This document shows, in pieces, positions 26,766 through 35,369 of a DNA stretch of 44,550 bases. The notes beneath the pieces are model-generated. The model was not told the origin of the DNA and made no database searches. It saw nothing but the letters and a program-made list of their open reading frames with translations. Origin of the DNA: a phage; sequence record PZ445417.1; one strand, written 5' to 3'. Each line of letters starts with the position of its first letter. The first letter of the stretch is position 1. The position numbers and the translations under genes are program-made.

Positions 26766-27457
26766 TTTAAATTTTCCTCGTTAACCGCTATCGCGAAGCC
26801 GCGCGGAGTGAGCGACCGGATTAATTTTGTGCGGGCTGATTTGCCTCCGAGGCGACTATACTGTTTCGAGTACCCTTTTTCAACGAAAACAGGTTTCTTC
26901 TCTGGCATACGGAAACCGTTGCCGGTCCATAAGCAGGTCAGCTTCGGATATGAATCGCGGGCGTTGATGTATTCCGGGAAGAGCGGGTGTACGTCATCCT
27001 CCGGCAGATATCCCCCATACTCCCACGGATCAAACGAGTGGTCTGGTTTACGCCACTTGGTGGAAAGTACACTGCGCGGATTCTCAATCATATATGGCAC
27101 TTCAAAGAAGTCACCTAAGTAAGCGGCAATCTTCGCGGTGCGCACCGCCTTAAGCTGAAAGGCGGGGTCTCTAGCACGCTTGCGCGGGAAAGCAGGTGCA
27201 CCGCTCACTGCCAGATCCGTGCATGGAGGAAACGCATATATGATATCAGGCGTACCAAAATCGCCATTCATCGCGCGGTCTACAAAGTCCAGATCGATAA
27301 ACTCATTGCGATACCGGATTCCGCGGCCATAAATCCGGTAGTCAAGGTACGACCCGTGATCGGCTTCGGAGTAGTTGAAGCAATAGCACTTATGCCCCAT
27401 CTCGGCAGCACGCTCAATCATCAAGCCGCTGCCGTCAAACAATGACCAGATTATCAT
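26762..27457 (-). CDS. DNA cytosine-5 methyltransferase-like protein
   Basis: 231 aa. Motif I-like LFDGSGL, motif IV-like FPPCTDLAVSG (PC catalytic dipeptide) and motif VI-like ENP, in the canonical order. Short for a complete C5 methyltransferase. Confidence 0.5.
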   Translation of the reverse strand: MIIWSLFDGSGLMIERAAEMGHKCYCFNYSEADHGSYLDYRIYGRGIRYRNEFIDLDFVDRAMNGDFGTPDIIYAFPPCTDLAVSGAPAFPRKRARDPAFQLKAVRTAKIAAYLGDFFEVPYMIENPRSVLSTKWRKPDHSFDPWEYGGYLPEDDVHPLFPEYINARDSYPKLTCLWTGNGFRMPEKKPVFVEKGYSKQYSRLGGKSARTKLIRSLTPRGFAIAVNEENLK

Positions 27458-28878
27458 TTGCGCGCCTTTTTAGCTTTCATGTATTCCATCAAGTCGTCCT
27501 GAATATCTCGCTTACTGTCGCGACGCTCGGCGACCAATTCGTCCAGTGTGCCGCGCGCCTGGATAATGTAGACGAATACCGGTCGAGGGTGTCCGGCCTG
27601 CATCTGGCGAACCGGCCCGATACGTTCAACGATCTGCGAAAAGTGCTCAAAGTTCCAGGTATCGGAGAAGATTGCCAGGTGATGCCCGCCGTCCTGCAAG
27701 TTAAGGCCGTGGCCTGCCGATGCCGGGTGTGCAAACATGATGGGGATCTCGCCCCTGTTCCACGCTTCCATATCCTTATTGCCCTGCTTACCTTTACCCA
27801 ACGCAACGCCGTGCGGAAATTTCTTCTTAAGACGTGCCAGGTCATGCTTGTACTGATACGCAACGAGCAACGGCGCACCGTTCAACTCCTCCACGATACT
27901 TTCCAGTGCGTCCAGCTTCGCGTCGTGAATCTTCACCCACTCGTCGGTCCGTTCGCCGTCTTCGTCCACCTTATACACAGCGCCGGAAGCAAGCTGAAGG
28001 CACTTGATGGTCTTCGATGCCGCGTTCGCCGCCTCCACCGTTCCGCTTTCCAGTTCGGCAAATAGCTCGCTTTCAAACTGGTCGTAAATCTTGCGGGCTT
28101 TCTTCGGCAGGTCCACAACAACCGGCGTATAGATTGGCTTGTCGCACCCGAAGTATTCAGCCGCGTCAACGGTGAGGGATACATCAGACAGGCGTTGTTG
28201 TATCTCTTTCTCGGAGTTCTTTAGCGGAGCGTGCTGCATAGTGAAGCTGCCAGGCTTAACAGGCTTGCTAATAAACCAGCGATCCGTAAATGCCTTATAG
28301 CTACTGCCGAGGCGTTCGCCACCGTCGACAAACCACGTCTGACCCCATAAGTCTTTCAAGCCATTTGGTGCTGGCGTGCCGGTCAGGTTAATCCAGCGCT
28401 TGACGTGCTTATGTGCAATCGCTGCCAGTGCGCGGGCGCGCTTGCTCCCCTGCTTGCTACGATAGCCTTTCAGCTTAGTCGATTCATCGGCAACAACGAC
28501 CGTAAAGGGCCACGCATCGCCGTAATAGTCAACCAGCCACTCAACCACATCATAGTTAACACAAACCACGTTAGCGTTACTCTCCAGCGCGGCTATGCGG
28601 TCCTTCTCTGGTCCAGTGCCGTCTACGACCAGCAGGGATGAGAACCGCCATTTCTCCTGCTCCGGGGGCCATGTACCGGATGCAACGCGAAGCGGGGCCA
28701 GCACCAGTACGCGGTCCTCATGATGGGACAGGACGCCAGTCTGGAACATTTTATTCAGTGCCCACATGGTTGCGCCGGTTTTACCGGAACCCATTGTCGC
28801 CCAGATATTACATCGCTTATGCTTGAGGATGAACGCGGTAATCAACTTCTGATATTCGCGGCGTCGGAATCGTGCCAT
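27454..28878 (-). CDS. ATP-dependent helicase (DEAD/SNF2-like)
   Basis: Walker A MGSGKTGA, DExx-like VVADESTKL, LTGTP motif. Preferred start is the ATG at 28878 (MARFRR, RBS AAGGCGGA) rather than 28968, which would overlap the upstream gene. Confidence 0.7.
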   Translation of the reverse strand: MARFRRREYQKLITAFILKHKRCNIWATMGSGKTGATMWALNKMFQTGVLSHHEDRVLVLAPLRVASGTWPPEQEKWRFSSLLVVDGTGPEKDRIAALESNANVVCVNYDVVEWLVDYYGDAWPFTVVVADESTKLKGYRSKQGSKRARALAAIAHKHVKRWINLTGTPAPNGLKDLWGQTWFVDGGERLGSSYKAFTDRWFISKPVKPGSFTMQHAPLKNSEKEIQQRLSDVSLTVDAAEYFGCDKPIYTPVVVDLPKKARKIYDQFESELFAELESGTVEAANAASKTIKCLQLASGAVYKVDEDGERTDEWVKIHDAKLDALESIVEELNGAPLLVAYQYKHDLARLKKKFPHGVALGKGKQGNKDMEAWNRGEIPIMFAHPASAGHGLNLQDGGHHLAIFSDTWNFEHFSQIVERIGPVRQMQAGHPRPVFVYIIQARGTLDELVAERRDSKRDIQDDLMEYMKAKKARK

Positions 28879-28882
28879 CTCT

Positions 28883-29106
28883 TTATTCCGCCTTTTTCCA
28901 GACTTCAGTTTCACTGTTCCAGTTCCTTTTTGTGGCGTCGTAGTTGGTGGCGTGTCCGATGTGGACACCAGTAGCCCGGAAGCTCTTAAACTTCTGCCAG
29001 CACACCGTCAACGGCAGCGGGGCATTCATGCCCGCGATAAACCATACGCGATCGCCTGGTTTGCATTCGCCCAGCTTGGTGAGTCGGTAATGTTCTTTCA
29101 TCGTCA
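28883..29106 (-). CDS. hypothetical protein (74 aa)
   Basis: ATG at 29106 with a GGGGGA RBS, inside a longer RBS-less ORF from the track. Confidence 0.4.
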
Positions 29107-29144
29107 TGTCCCCCAAAAATGGCGGGACAAGCCCGCCATATTGA

Positions 29145-29318
29145 TTATTCTTGTTCTGCACGATAGCGGCGCTGCCGTTCGCGCTCTTTCTTATTGCGGC
29201 ACGACTTGCACTCGGCCCGATGACCGTCTGGACTTCGCGCAGTTTTGCCGGTGTACTTGTGGAACTGGGATAGCGGCTTGATGCATCCGCAATTACTACA
29301 ACGTTTTTCTTCAATCAT
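29145..29318 (-). CDS. small zinc-ribbon protein (57 aa)
   Basis: ATG at 29318 with GAGGA RBS. CxxC...CxxC pattern (CSNCGC...CKSC). Confidence 0.4.
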   Translation of the reverse strand: MIEEKRCSNCGCIKPLSQFHKYTGKTARSPDGHRAECKSCRNKKERERQRRYRAEQE

Positions 29319-29349
29319 TTCTAAAATCCTCGATAGTGCCAACCTGCAC

Positions 29350-29383
29350 ACTATACCGCTATGCGACCAATTCAGCAACCAAT
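29350..29383 (-). promoter_or_regulatory. sigma70-like promoter with two ATTGGT(T/C)GC motif copies
   Basis: On the minus strand: ATTGGTTGCTGA-ATTGGTCGCA, -35 TTGCTG, 17 bp, TATAGT. Lies in the 3' end of the VRR-NUC gene, upstream of the zinc-ribbon gene. Confidence 0.4.
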
Positions 29384-29637
29384 AAATCGCAGTCTGCTAT
29401 GTTGTCGATAACGCGAACGTCAGCACCGCGGCGGGCCATTCGCTCATGTTCACGTACCTGGTGCGGCTTCGGTTTTCCTCCGGGGCGCTTCACTTCGACG
29501 AACACTATTTTGCCGTTGATGATAATAATCAGGTCGGGCGCACCTGCGCGCCCCTCCCATGCCAGTTTTCGGCAGAATCCGCCAACCTCTTTAACCAGTT
29601 TCATAAGGTGACGCTGCACCTTGCCTTCTGGTGTCAT
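29359..29637 (-). CDS. VRR-NUC domain nuclease
   Basis: 92 aa. PD-(D/E)xK-type pattern GAPDLIIIINGKIVFVEVKRPGGKPKPHQ typical of VRR-NUC. Confidence 0.6.
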   Translation of the reverse strand: MTPEGKVQRHLMKLVKEVGGFCRKLAWEGRAGAPDLIIIINGKIVFVEVKRPGGKPKPHQVREHERMARRGADVRVIDNIADCDLLVAELVA

Positions 29638-29825
29638 TTAGTTTGCAATTCCACGTTACGCAGACGAAGGTCTACCGGTATATCCGATCGACCGGTTAGC
29701 GCCAGCGCCAGGTTTTCAGGCGTGACAAGTGCCGTAATGGTCTTGCCACGTTCCAGTCTAATGACGATTCGAATCTCGTCGTTTTCCGCCGCGCCAGCGC
29801 GCATAATGCTCATTTCTGCTTTCAT
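29634..29825 (-). CDS. small hypothetical protein (63 aa)
   Basis: ATG at 29825 with AGGAAG RBS; the longer track ORF would need a TTG start without an RBS. Confidence 0.35.
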   Translation of the reverse strand: MKAEMSIMRAGAAENDEIRIVIRLERGKTITALVTPENLALALTGRSDIPVDLRLRNVELQTK

Positions 29826-29829
29826 AATC

Positions 29830-32121
29830 TTACTTCCTGTACCTGTACATAATGTCGCCTTCGGCGGCAAGTGGGAAGCCTTTCGCCCAAATAGGCAGGT
29901 CGCACATCAGCGCGCAAAGCTCCTCTGTCGTGTAGTCGTCGGTGTCCGGCACTTCTGTGATCAATTCATCATGCACCGATAGAACGATTTCATAGCCCGC
30001 AGCTTCAACGCCAGGCATTGACCAGGCGAGAATATCACGGCACAACGCCTGTACGATGTTCTCCGTCAGTTTGCCGCCGTAGGTGTACTGGAATCCCCAC
30101 TGGCGCGTCGTCTGATTCTCGCCCTGGTATTTGATGCGGGTGCTGGTGCGCTTCTTGCCGGTGTCTTCGTCAATCTCGGTCGTGACAGACAGCGCGATGC
30201 CTGGGTAGCTCATGATTCGCCCAGACGGCAACTCAATTTTCAACCACCACCCCGCGGCGTTCGGGTCGTCGCGCTCCTCGTCAAAGGTTGGGTCGTGCTT
30301 CGCCTTCGTGCGCACAATCTTGAGCGCTTTCCTACCATCCGGGCGAACGTTCGCGCCAGCCCAGTATGCTTTGCCCGGATTGCGGATTGCACACAACACC
30401 GCGTCCTCAAGCTCGGCCCAAAAGGCTACCGTCTTCGGGTGAGCCTCACGCCACATACGTTTGATTGCGTCACAAGTCAGCCATACGTTTTTCGGCAGTA
30501 TGTATGTTGGGCGCTCGTCTTTCTTGCCAGGCTTCGGCGGGCGCTTCGCTTCGTTAATGCGAGCGTACTCATAACCGCGTTTAGCCGCCGCCCAAATGTG
30601 ATCGGGGAATGTACCCTTCATGACGTCAGCCATAGTGTATAGGTCGAGGCCCAGGTTTTTAGCGAACTGCAAGAACGCCGCGACGCCGCCGCCGTAGCCC
30701 AGCCCCAATTCGCACGCCTTACCAATCTGGCGTAAGTCCTTGCGGTTGGCTTTAATGTATTCCGGGTCAAGACCGAACATCTTACCGGCAGTCTCACAAT
30801 AAATATCGCGTCCGGCCCTAAACACCATTAGCGCGGTTTTCTCGCCAGCGATCCAGGCAAGGCCACGCCCTTCCACGTTGGAGTAGTCCGCTACGACAAA
30901 CTTCTTACCCTTTGCAGGGATAATGCACCCGCGAACGGTCGAGGCCGTTAGCTTCGATATGTCATACGCCCAGTGTGCGGTCCCGCGTAACAGGGAGTTG
31001 ATGCCGTTGGTGAGCATGTGCGATCGGACCCAAAACGAGACGTCGCTTTCACCCTCGCGGCGTTTAATCTTCCCTTCGTGGTCGTCGCTGTACTCGCCAC
31101 GCGCCAGGTTTTGAGGTTGAAAGCCTTTACCGGCCCAGCGTAGCGTGCGCTTTGCCCCACCATACTGAAGACAACCACGGCGGCGACCATCTGCGGATAA
31201 GCCGTTAACTAGCGGATTGTACTTAGTCGATGCCGTTGATGACGCTCCGAGGCGCATTTCGATAAGCGCTTTGCCTTCGTCGGGGAAGTCAGGGTCTTCA
31301 AGCAGGTCGTTAAGTGTGGATTTCTGCGCGTTGTGGATCGTGAACGCCGGGGCGAGGTCGCGCAGCGCTGGCAGGAAGTCATTGCCGGTCAGCTTACCGC
31401 CGAAGCGCTCCCAGGCTTCTTCCTTCAATTCTTCCTTATGCGCCTGCACCGCTTTGATCGCGGCGTTCGCCAGGTCAACGTCCACATAGAAGCCGCGGTC
31501 GTTAATCAACTGGTCGATAAGCAGGATTTCATCTTCCTTCGGAGTATTGCCCCAGTCCGGTATGCGCCAATAGACTTCACGCATTGCGATAATATCCAGC
31601 GCGGCATAGCGCAGAAATTTGGCCCACTCTTCTGGGTGAGTCTCGCGAGTGTAGCGGCGGATTTTGTAGGTCTTAGGGGTAGGCTTACAGAATCGTTTAA
31701 TCAGCGCCTTGCCTGCCTTATCCTTCGCGTGCTCTGCGTCAACTCCCAGCACCTGGCACTGCATATCGAGACTACCCGGCAACGCGTGTCGAAAGGCCAT
31801 AATCATGGTGTCTTCGATCTGGCACACTGGCAGGTCAATACCCCACTTCTCGCGAATAACCAGGCGGTCAAACAGGAGGCCGTTAGCCATCACGATTTTT
31901 GCTTTCTTGCGGGATACCCGGCGGAGCGCCTTGCGCAGTTCACGCGGCATTGTGGGGGACTCGGTGCAATCCCACGTTTGCACGCGGCCTTCATCGATGG
32001 CGTATGTGCAAATCATAATCTCGGTAGTTGGGTGTTCTGCGTAGGCGTACGCACCAACTTTCTTCAGGTCTACCCCGCTAAATGTTTCGGTGTCGAGAAA
32101 CAGGCGTTCGAAGTCTTTCAT
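29830..32121 (-). CDS. DNA polymerase, family A, with 3'-5' exonuclease domain
   Basis: 763 aa. Exo I motif FLDTETFSG; Pol motif A VADYSNVEGR; motif B RQIGKACELGLGYGGG; motif C SVHDEL. GAGGA RBS. Confidence 0.85.
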   Translation of the reverse strand: MKDFERLFLDTETFSGVDLKKVGAYAYAEHPTTEIMICTYAIDEGRVQTWDCTESPTMPRELRKALRRVSRKKAKIVMANGLLFDRLVIREKWGIDLPVCQIEDTMIMAFRHALPGSLDMQCQVLGVDAEHAKDKAGKALIKRFCKPTPKTYKIRRYTRETHPEEWAKFLRYAALDIIAMREVYWRIPDWGNTPKEDEILLIDQLINDRGFYVDVDLANAAIKAVQAHKEELKEEAWERFGGKLTGNDFLPALRDLAPAFTIHNAQKSTLNDLLEDPDFPDEGKALIEMRLGASSTASTKYNPLVNGLSADGRRRGCLQYGGAKRTLRWAGKGFQPQNLARGEYSDDHEGKIKRREGESDVSFWVRSHMLTNGINSLLRGTAHWAYDISKLTASTVRGCIIPAKGKKFVVADYSNVEGRGLAWIAGEKTALMVFRAGRDIYCETAGKMFGLDPEYIKANRKDLRQIGKACELGLGYGGGVAAFLQFAKNLGLDLYTMADVMKGTFPDHIWAAAKRGYEYARINEAKRPPKPGKKDERPTYILPKNVWLTCDAIKRMWREAHPKTVAFWAELEDAVLCAIRNPGKAYWAGANVRPDGRKALKIVRTKAKHDPTFDEERDDPNAAGWWLKIELPSGRIMSYPGIALSVTTEIDEDTGKKRTSTRIKYQGENQTTRQWGFQYTYGGKLTENIVQALCRDILAWSMPGVEAAGYEIVLSVHDELITEVPDTDDYTTEELCALMCDLPIWAKGFPLAAEGDIMYRYRK

Positions 32122-32288
32122 TGCTTAATCCTCACTACGGCGTCAGCGCTGCCGATCATGGAGAAGATGCCGTCTGACAGGGCGATCTCCTCGCCGTTGT
32201 TGCGAATCTCGGCAACTGTGAAATATTCCCCCAGTAGCTTAGACCATACCCGCATTCCGACTTTCACTTCGCTGGCTTTAATACGCAT
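32118..32288 (-). CDS. small hypothetical protein (56 aa)
   Basis: ATG with AGGA RBS. Its stop overlaps the polymerase start (ATGA). Not in the ORF track because it is under 60 aa. Confidence 0.3.
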   Translation of the reverse strand: MRIKASEVKVGMRVWSKLLGEYFTVAEIRNNGEEIALSDGIFSMIGSADAVVRIKQ

Positions 32289-32302
32289 TTTTCATTGTCC
32301 TA

Positions 32303-32328
32303 TTAAAAAGCCCGCATTAAGCGGGCTT
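32303..32328 (-). terminator. rho-independent terminator (minus strand)
   Basis: AAGCCCGC-attaa-GCGGGCTT hairpin followed on the minus strand by UUUUUAAU, just after the SSB-like gene stop. Confidence 0.6.
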
Positions 32329-32346
32329 GAATAGTGGGCTTTGCCC

Positions 32347-33132
32347 TTAACGGCGGCGACGTTTACGTGGCGCTTCGTCTTCGTCGTCTTCGTCCTCATC
32401 TTCGTCATCACGCGACTTGCGACGTTTGCGAGGTTTTTCATCTTCCTCATCGTCGTCGTCATCGCGGCGCTTGGATTTCTTGGACTTGCGCGGCTTGTCA
32501 TCCTCGTCATCGTCATCACGACGTTTTGACTTCTTAGCCTTACGCGGGCTTTCATCTTCGTCATCGTCGCCCAGGTCTTCGTCGGAACATGAAGACCCGC
32601 CACCTCCGAAGGCTTCGCCGTCCTCACGGAATCGCAGACCCAGCAAGCCAGCACCGAGTCCCTTGCCGTTGGTATTGTTCCATGCCCAAATATCAAGGGA
32701 CACGTTGCAATAACAACCGGAGTAGATCTCCTGGCCTTCAATCTCGTCGCCGTCGATGGTCAGACCTTGTTCAGTCTGCTTCTCGCCGAGTGACGTTTGA
32801 ATGATTGGTTGTTTGAACGATTTGGCGTTGATATACAACATGCCTTCGAATTCTTCGGTTACTTCATCGCGCTCGTCGCCGTCGCGAACTGCACATTCCT
32901 TAGAATCCTGGGCGTAGTGGCGGTCCATCCACTTATCGGCATTCTTCTCGGATTTCAGCTTGTCGGTGAGCACTGCGCGTGCTGCCGCTTCCACTTTGTC
33001 CACCTGCGGATCTTCTTTATCCAGAAGAATCACGGCACGGTATGCCGGTTTTTGTCCATCCTGTTTAGGGGTATCACGTTCCCAAATTTTCAGGAAGCAT
33101 ACGCGCACATTTTTCAGGTTGACTTTAGCCAT
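32347..33132 (-). CDS. single-strand DNA-binding protein-like (T7 gp2.5-type) with charged tandem-repeat C-terminal tail
   Basis: 261 aa from the ATG at 33132 (GAGGA RBS). N-terminus MAKVNLKNVRVCF and an FGGGG motif before the tail, as in gp2.5-type SSBs. The last ~70 aa are alternating acidic and basic blocks, mirrored by ~60-bp DNA tandem repeats. Confidence 0.5.
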   Translation of the reverse strand: MAKVNLKNVRVCFLKIWERDTPKQDGQKPAYRAVILLDKEDPQVDKVEAAARAVLTDKLKSEKNADKWMDRHYAQDSKECAVRDGDERDEVTEEFEGMLYINAKSFKQPIIQTSLGEKQTEQGLTIDGDEIEGQEIYSGCYCNVSLDIWAWNNTNGKGLGAGLLGLRFREDGEAFGGGGSSCSDEDLGDDDEDESPRKAKKSKRRDDDDEDDKPRKSKKSKRRDDDDDEEDEKPRKRRKSRDDEDEDEDDEDEAPRKRRRR

Positions 33133-33222
33133 TTTCCAATTCCTCATTTTCACATGTATCGGGGTTATTGGAAGCCACCCCGTTCGGCTTGGTTGCTAAT
33201 TTACTTGGTTGCGCCTAAGCGG

Positions 33223-33465
33223 TCAAGCATTTTCATTAAAAAGATTTCTGGTAACGTAGTTGGTAGCGTTCTCGATCCAGCTTAACGGCGGGCGGTCGCC
33301 ATGTCTCGCGATCCACGCCACGGCAATGGTGCTGTAACCATCGTCCAGCCATTGGGTTGGATGGCGAATCATCCAGGCCACCATTAACACGCCTTGCACA
33401 CAATGCAGGATAAAGCCCAGCGCGCCGATAACAAACATCAATAAGATTGCGAATACTTTATTCAT
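33223..33465 (-). CDS. small membrane protein (80 aa)
   Basis: Two predicted hydrophobic helices (FAILLMFVIGALGFIL, GVLMVAWMI). Confidence 0.4.
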   Translation of the reverse strand: MNKVFAILLMFVIGALGFILHCVQGVLMVAWMIRHPTQWLDDGYSTIAVAWIARHGDRPPLSWIENATNYVTRNLFNENA

Positions 33466-34888
33466 TGCTTAAGTCCTCGTCAGTAGCTACAGACCACGCA
33501 GGGCGCGGGTCGTCGATGGGTGCTAATACCGGTTTAGCCGGTGCGCGCGTGATTTTATCACACAACTTGGCCCACACTTTCGGCTTCTCGTCCTTCAATA
33601 CCTTCTCGGCGTCGGTAGGACTGAGTAATGTTTCTTTGTACATCACGTCGCGCTTGATCCGGGCCTTCGTGAAGATTTCAATCACTTCGCTTTCGTCCGC
33701 CCACTTGCGGATCCCTTCCTTACCGGCAACCATCTTGAGGCCCAGCGCTTCGCCATCGCCAGCCATAACCGCCTTGAATACCGCGGACTCGATAGCCTTG
33801 ATGTGCTGGCGCATTGCGTCTAGACCTTCATATGCCTTGCGCAGTTCCGCGGCGGTCATAGCGCCGGGGGCCGCTTCTTTCTTGCCACGCTTCGCACGTC
33901 GTGCCGCTTTGCGGGCTTCGCGGGCCATATTGCGGTCGTGATTGGCGCATTCTTCCTCTGTCGCAATACTCACGTCGTCGCCCAGGTCTTCGTCTGTTGC
34001 CGTTGGAGGGGTCATCGTGTCGATTGCGGCCTTAGCGCGTGCACTACACTGATCCGCAAATCGGCACCACTGACACGCATCAACGCTCGGTCGGAAGTCG
34101 GCACGGGTGAGTCCTTTCTTACCTCGGGCGTACGCTTCCAGGGCGGAGATAGCACGCTTGGACGCAAACTTCGCGAATATCTCCAGGGCTTCTACCGAAA
34201 TATCCCACTCCGACGCCCCGCCGCAATACGGCTGGAAGATAACAAGGCGCACGGTCGTGATGTCGTACATGGATTGCAGCTTGCGCAGCAGGCCGAGCGC
34301 GTACAGCATAAGCTGTTTGTTTTCTTTCGCCTCGACCTTATGCCGCCCCGTCTTCAGGTCGCCAACAATCAGCATGTACGTGCCGTCGGTCTTCTTCATG
34401 ACCATGACCATATCCGCAGTGCCGAACGTCTTAACCCGGTTGCCGTCGATCTCGAAGCCTGAGTGAAGGACGCGGGTCAGATCGGCGCGCATCTCAAGCT
34501 GAACAAACTCCGCCACTTCGAGGAGCGGTCGCCAGTGGTCGATGTACGCGTCGCACTGTTTCACCATGTCGTCGTTGACCAGTACGCCGCCTTTCGGTGC
34601 TTTCGGGTGGGCCTTTACCGGCCCCTTACCTTCGTTCTCGACGTAGCACCCTTTGTACGTCTTAGCGGTTATCAGCTTCTCACCGGCGATAATACGGTTG
34701 AGAACGACTTCAGATACGGTGTGCATACTCGTACCGTTAATCGCCGCTTGCCCGGATTCGTTCGGGATATCTTTTTCCACCACCAGGGCGGCAGGGCAAC
34801 CCATCCATTTTTTAGCACCGGATGGCCCGAGTAATGAATGTTCCGTATTACTACCGGATTGCGTTTTACGTTTTGGTTTAATCGCCAT
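33458..34888 (-). CDS. Cas4/RecB-like exonuclease (PD-(D/E)xK with Fe-S cysteines)
   Basis: 476 aa. N-terminal Cys (WMGCPA) plus C-terminal cluster C-x2-C-x5-C (CQWCRFADQC) as in Cas4/AddB-type nucleases. Adjacent to the SSB-like gene. Confidence 0.6.
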   Translation of the reverse strand: MAIKPKRKTQSGSNTEHSLLGPSGAKKWMGCPAALVVEKDIPNESGQAAINGTSMHTVSEVVLNRIIAGEKLITAKTYKGCYVENEGKGPVKAHPKAPKGGVLVNDDMVKQCDAYIDHWRPLLEVAEFVQLEMRADLTRVLHSGFEIDGNRVKTFGTADMVMVMKKTDGTYMLIVGDLKTGRHKVEAKENKQLMLYALGLLRKLQSMYDITTVRLVIFQPYCGGASEWDISVEALEIFAKFASKRAISALEAYARGKKGLTRADFRPSVDACQWCRFADQCSARAKAAIDTMTPPTATDEDLGDDVSIATEEECANHDRNMAREARKAARRAKRGKKEAAPGAMTAAELRKAYEGLDAMRQHIKAIESAVFKAVMAGDGEALGLKMVAGKEGIRKWADESEVIEIFTKARIKRDVMYKETLLSPTDAEKVLKDEKPKVWAKLCDKITRAPAKPVLAPIDDPRPAWSVATDEDLSNE

Positions 34889-35069
34889 TATTCCACCCGT
34901 GTAAACTGGACAATTACATATTTGCAGATATTAGCCAAGCCCGCTTTTTCGACACGTCTGTGCACTTCACGCTGCGCATCGGTCCAGCACGTCTAGGCGT
35001 CCTTGTTAATAACAATAAAAGAAGTGTGGTCGTTTAATTCGTGGCATGTTGCCAGCACGAAGAATTTCA

Positions 35070-35321
35070 TTATTTCGTCTCCCAGCGGTCAATCGTTCTT
35101 GCTTCGGATGCAACTGCAAAGCGAACATATTCCAGATTGGAGTCCGCCCAAATATAAAAGTCGGGGTTAGTAAAGGTGGTGCGCTTAATTTGCGCGGGAG
35201 TATTGCGGCGTTTATCAATTACGGCAACGCGTGACTGAAAGCTGCCGATGCGTTCGAATAGCCAATAGTACGGGCGCTGGTCGCGGGAGTCCACCGCCTC
35301 GATTAGCGTGAAGCGTGCCAT
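35070..35321 (-). CDS. hypothetical protein (83 aa)
   Basis: ATG with GAGGA RBS, immediately after a terminator hairpin. Confidence 0.45.
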   Translation of the reverse strand: MARFTLIEAVDSRDQRPYYWLFERIGSFQSRVAVIDKRRNTPAQIKRTTFTNPDFYIWADSNLEYVRFAVASEARTIDRWETK

Positions 35322-35332
35322 TGTCTCGTCCT

Positions 35333-35361
35333 CTAAAAAGAGGCCCGCAGATTAGCGGGCC
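35333..35361 (-). terminator. rho-independent terminator (minus strand)
   Basis: GGCCCGC-agatta-GCGGGCC hairpin followed on the minus strand by CUUUUU, after the stop of 35370-35879. Confidence 0.55.
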
Positions 35362-35369
35362 GGAATATA

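Noticed and set aside
27454-28968. Helicase start at 28968 as given in the ORF track
   Set aside because: That start would overlap the upstream gene by about 85 nt and has no RBS. The in-frame ATG at 28878 has an AAGGCGGA RBS and abuts the upstream stop, so the shorter gene model was used.
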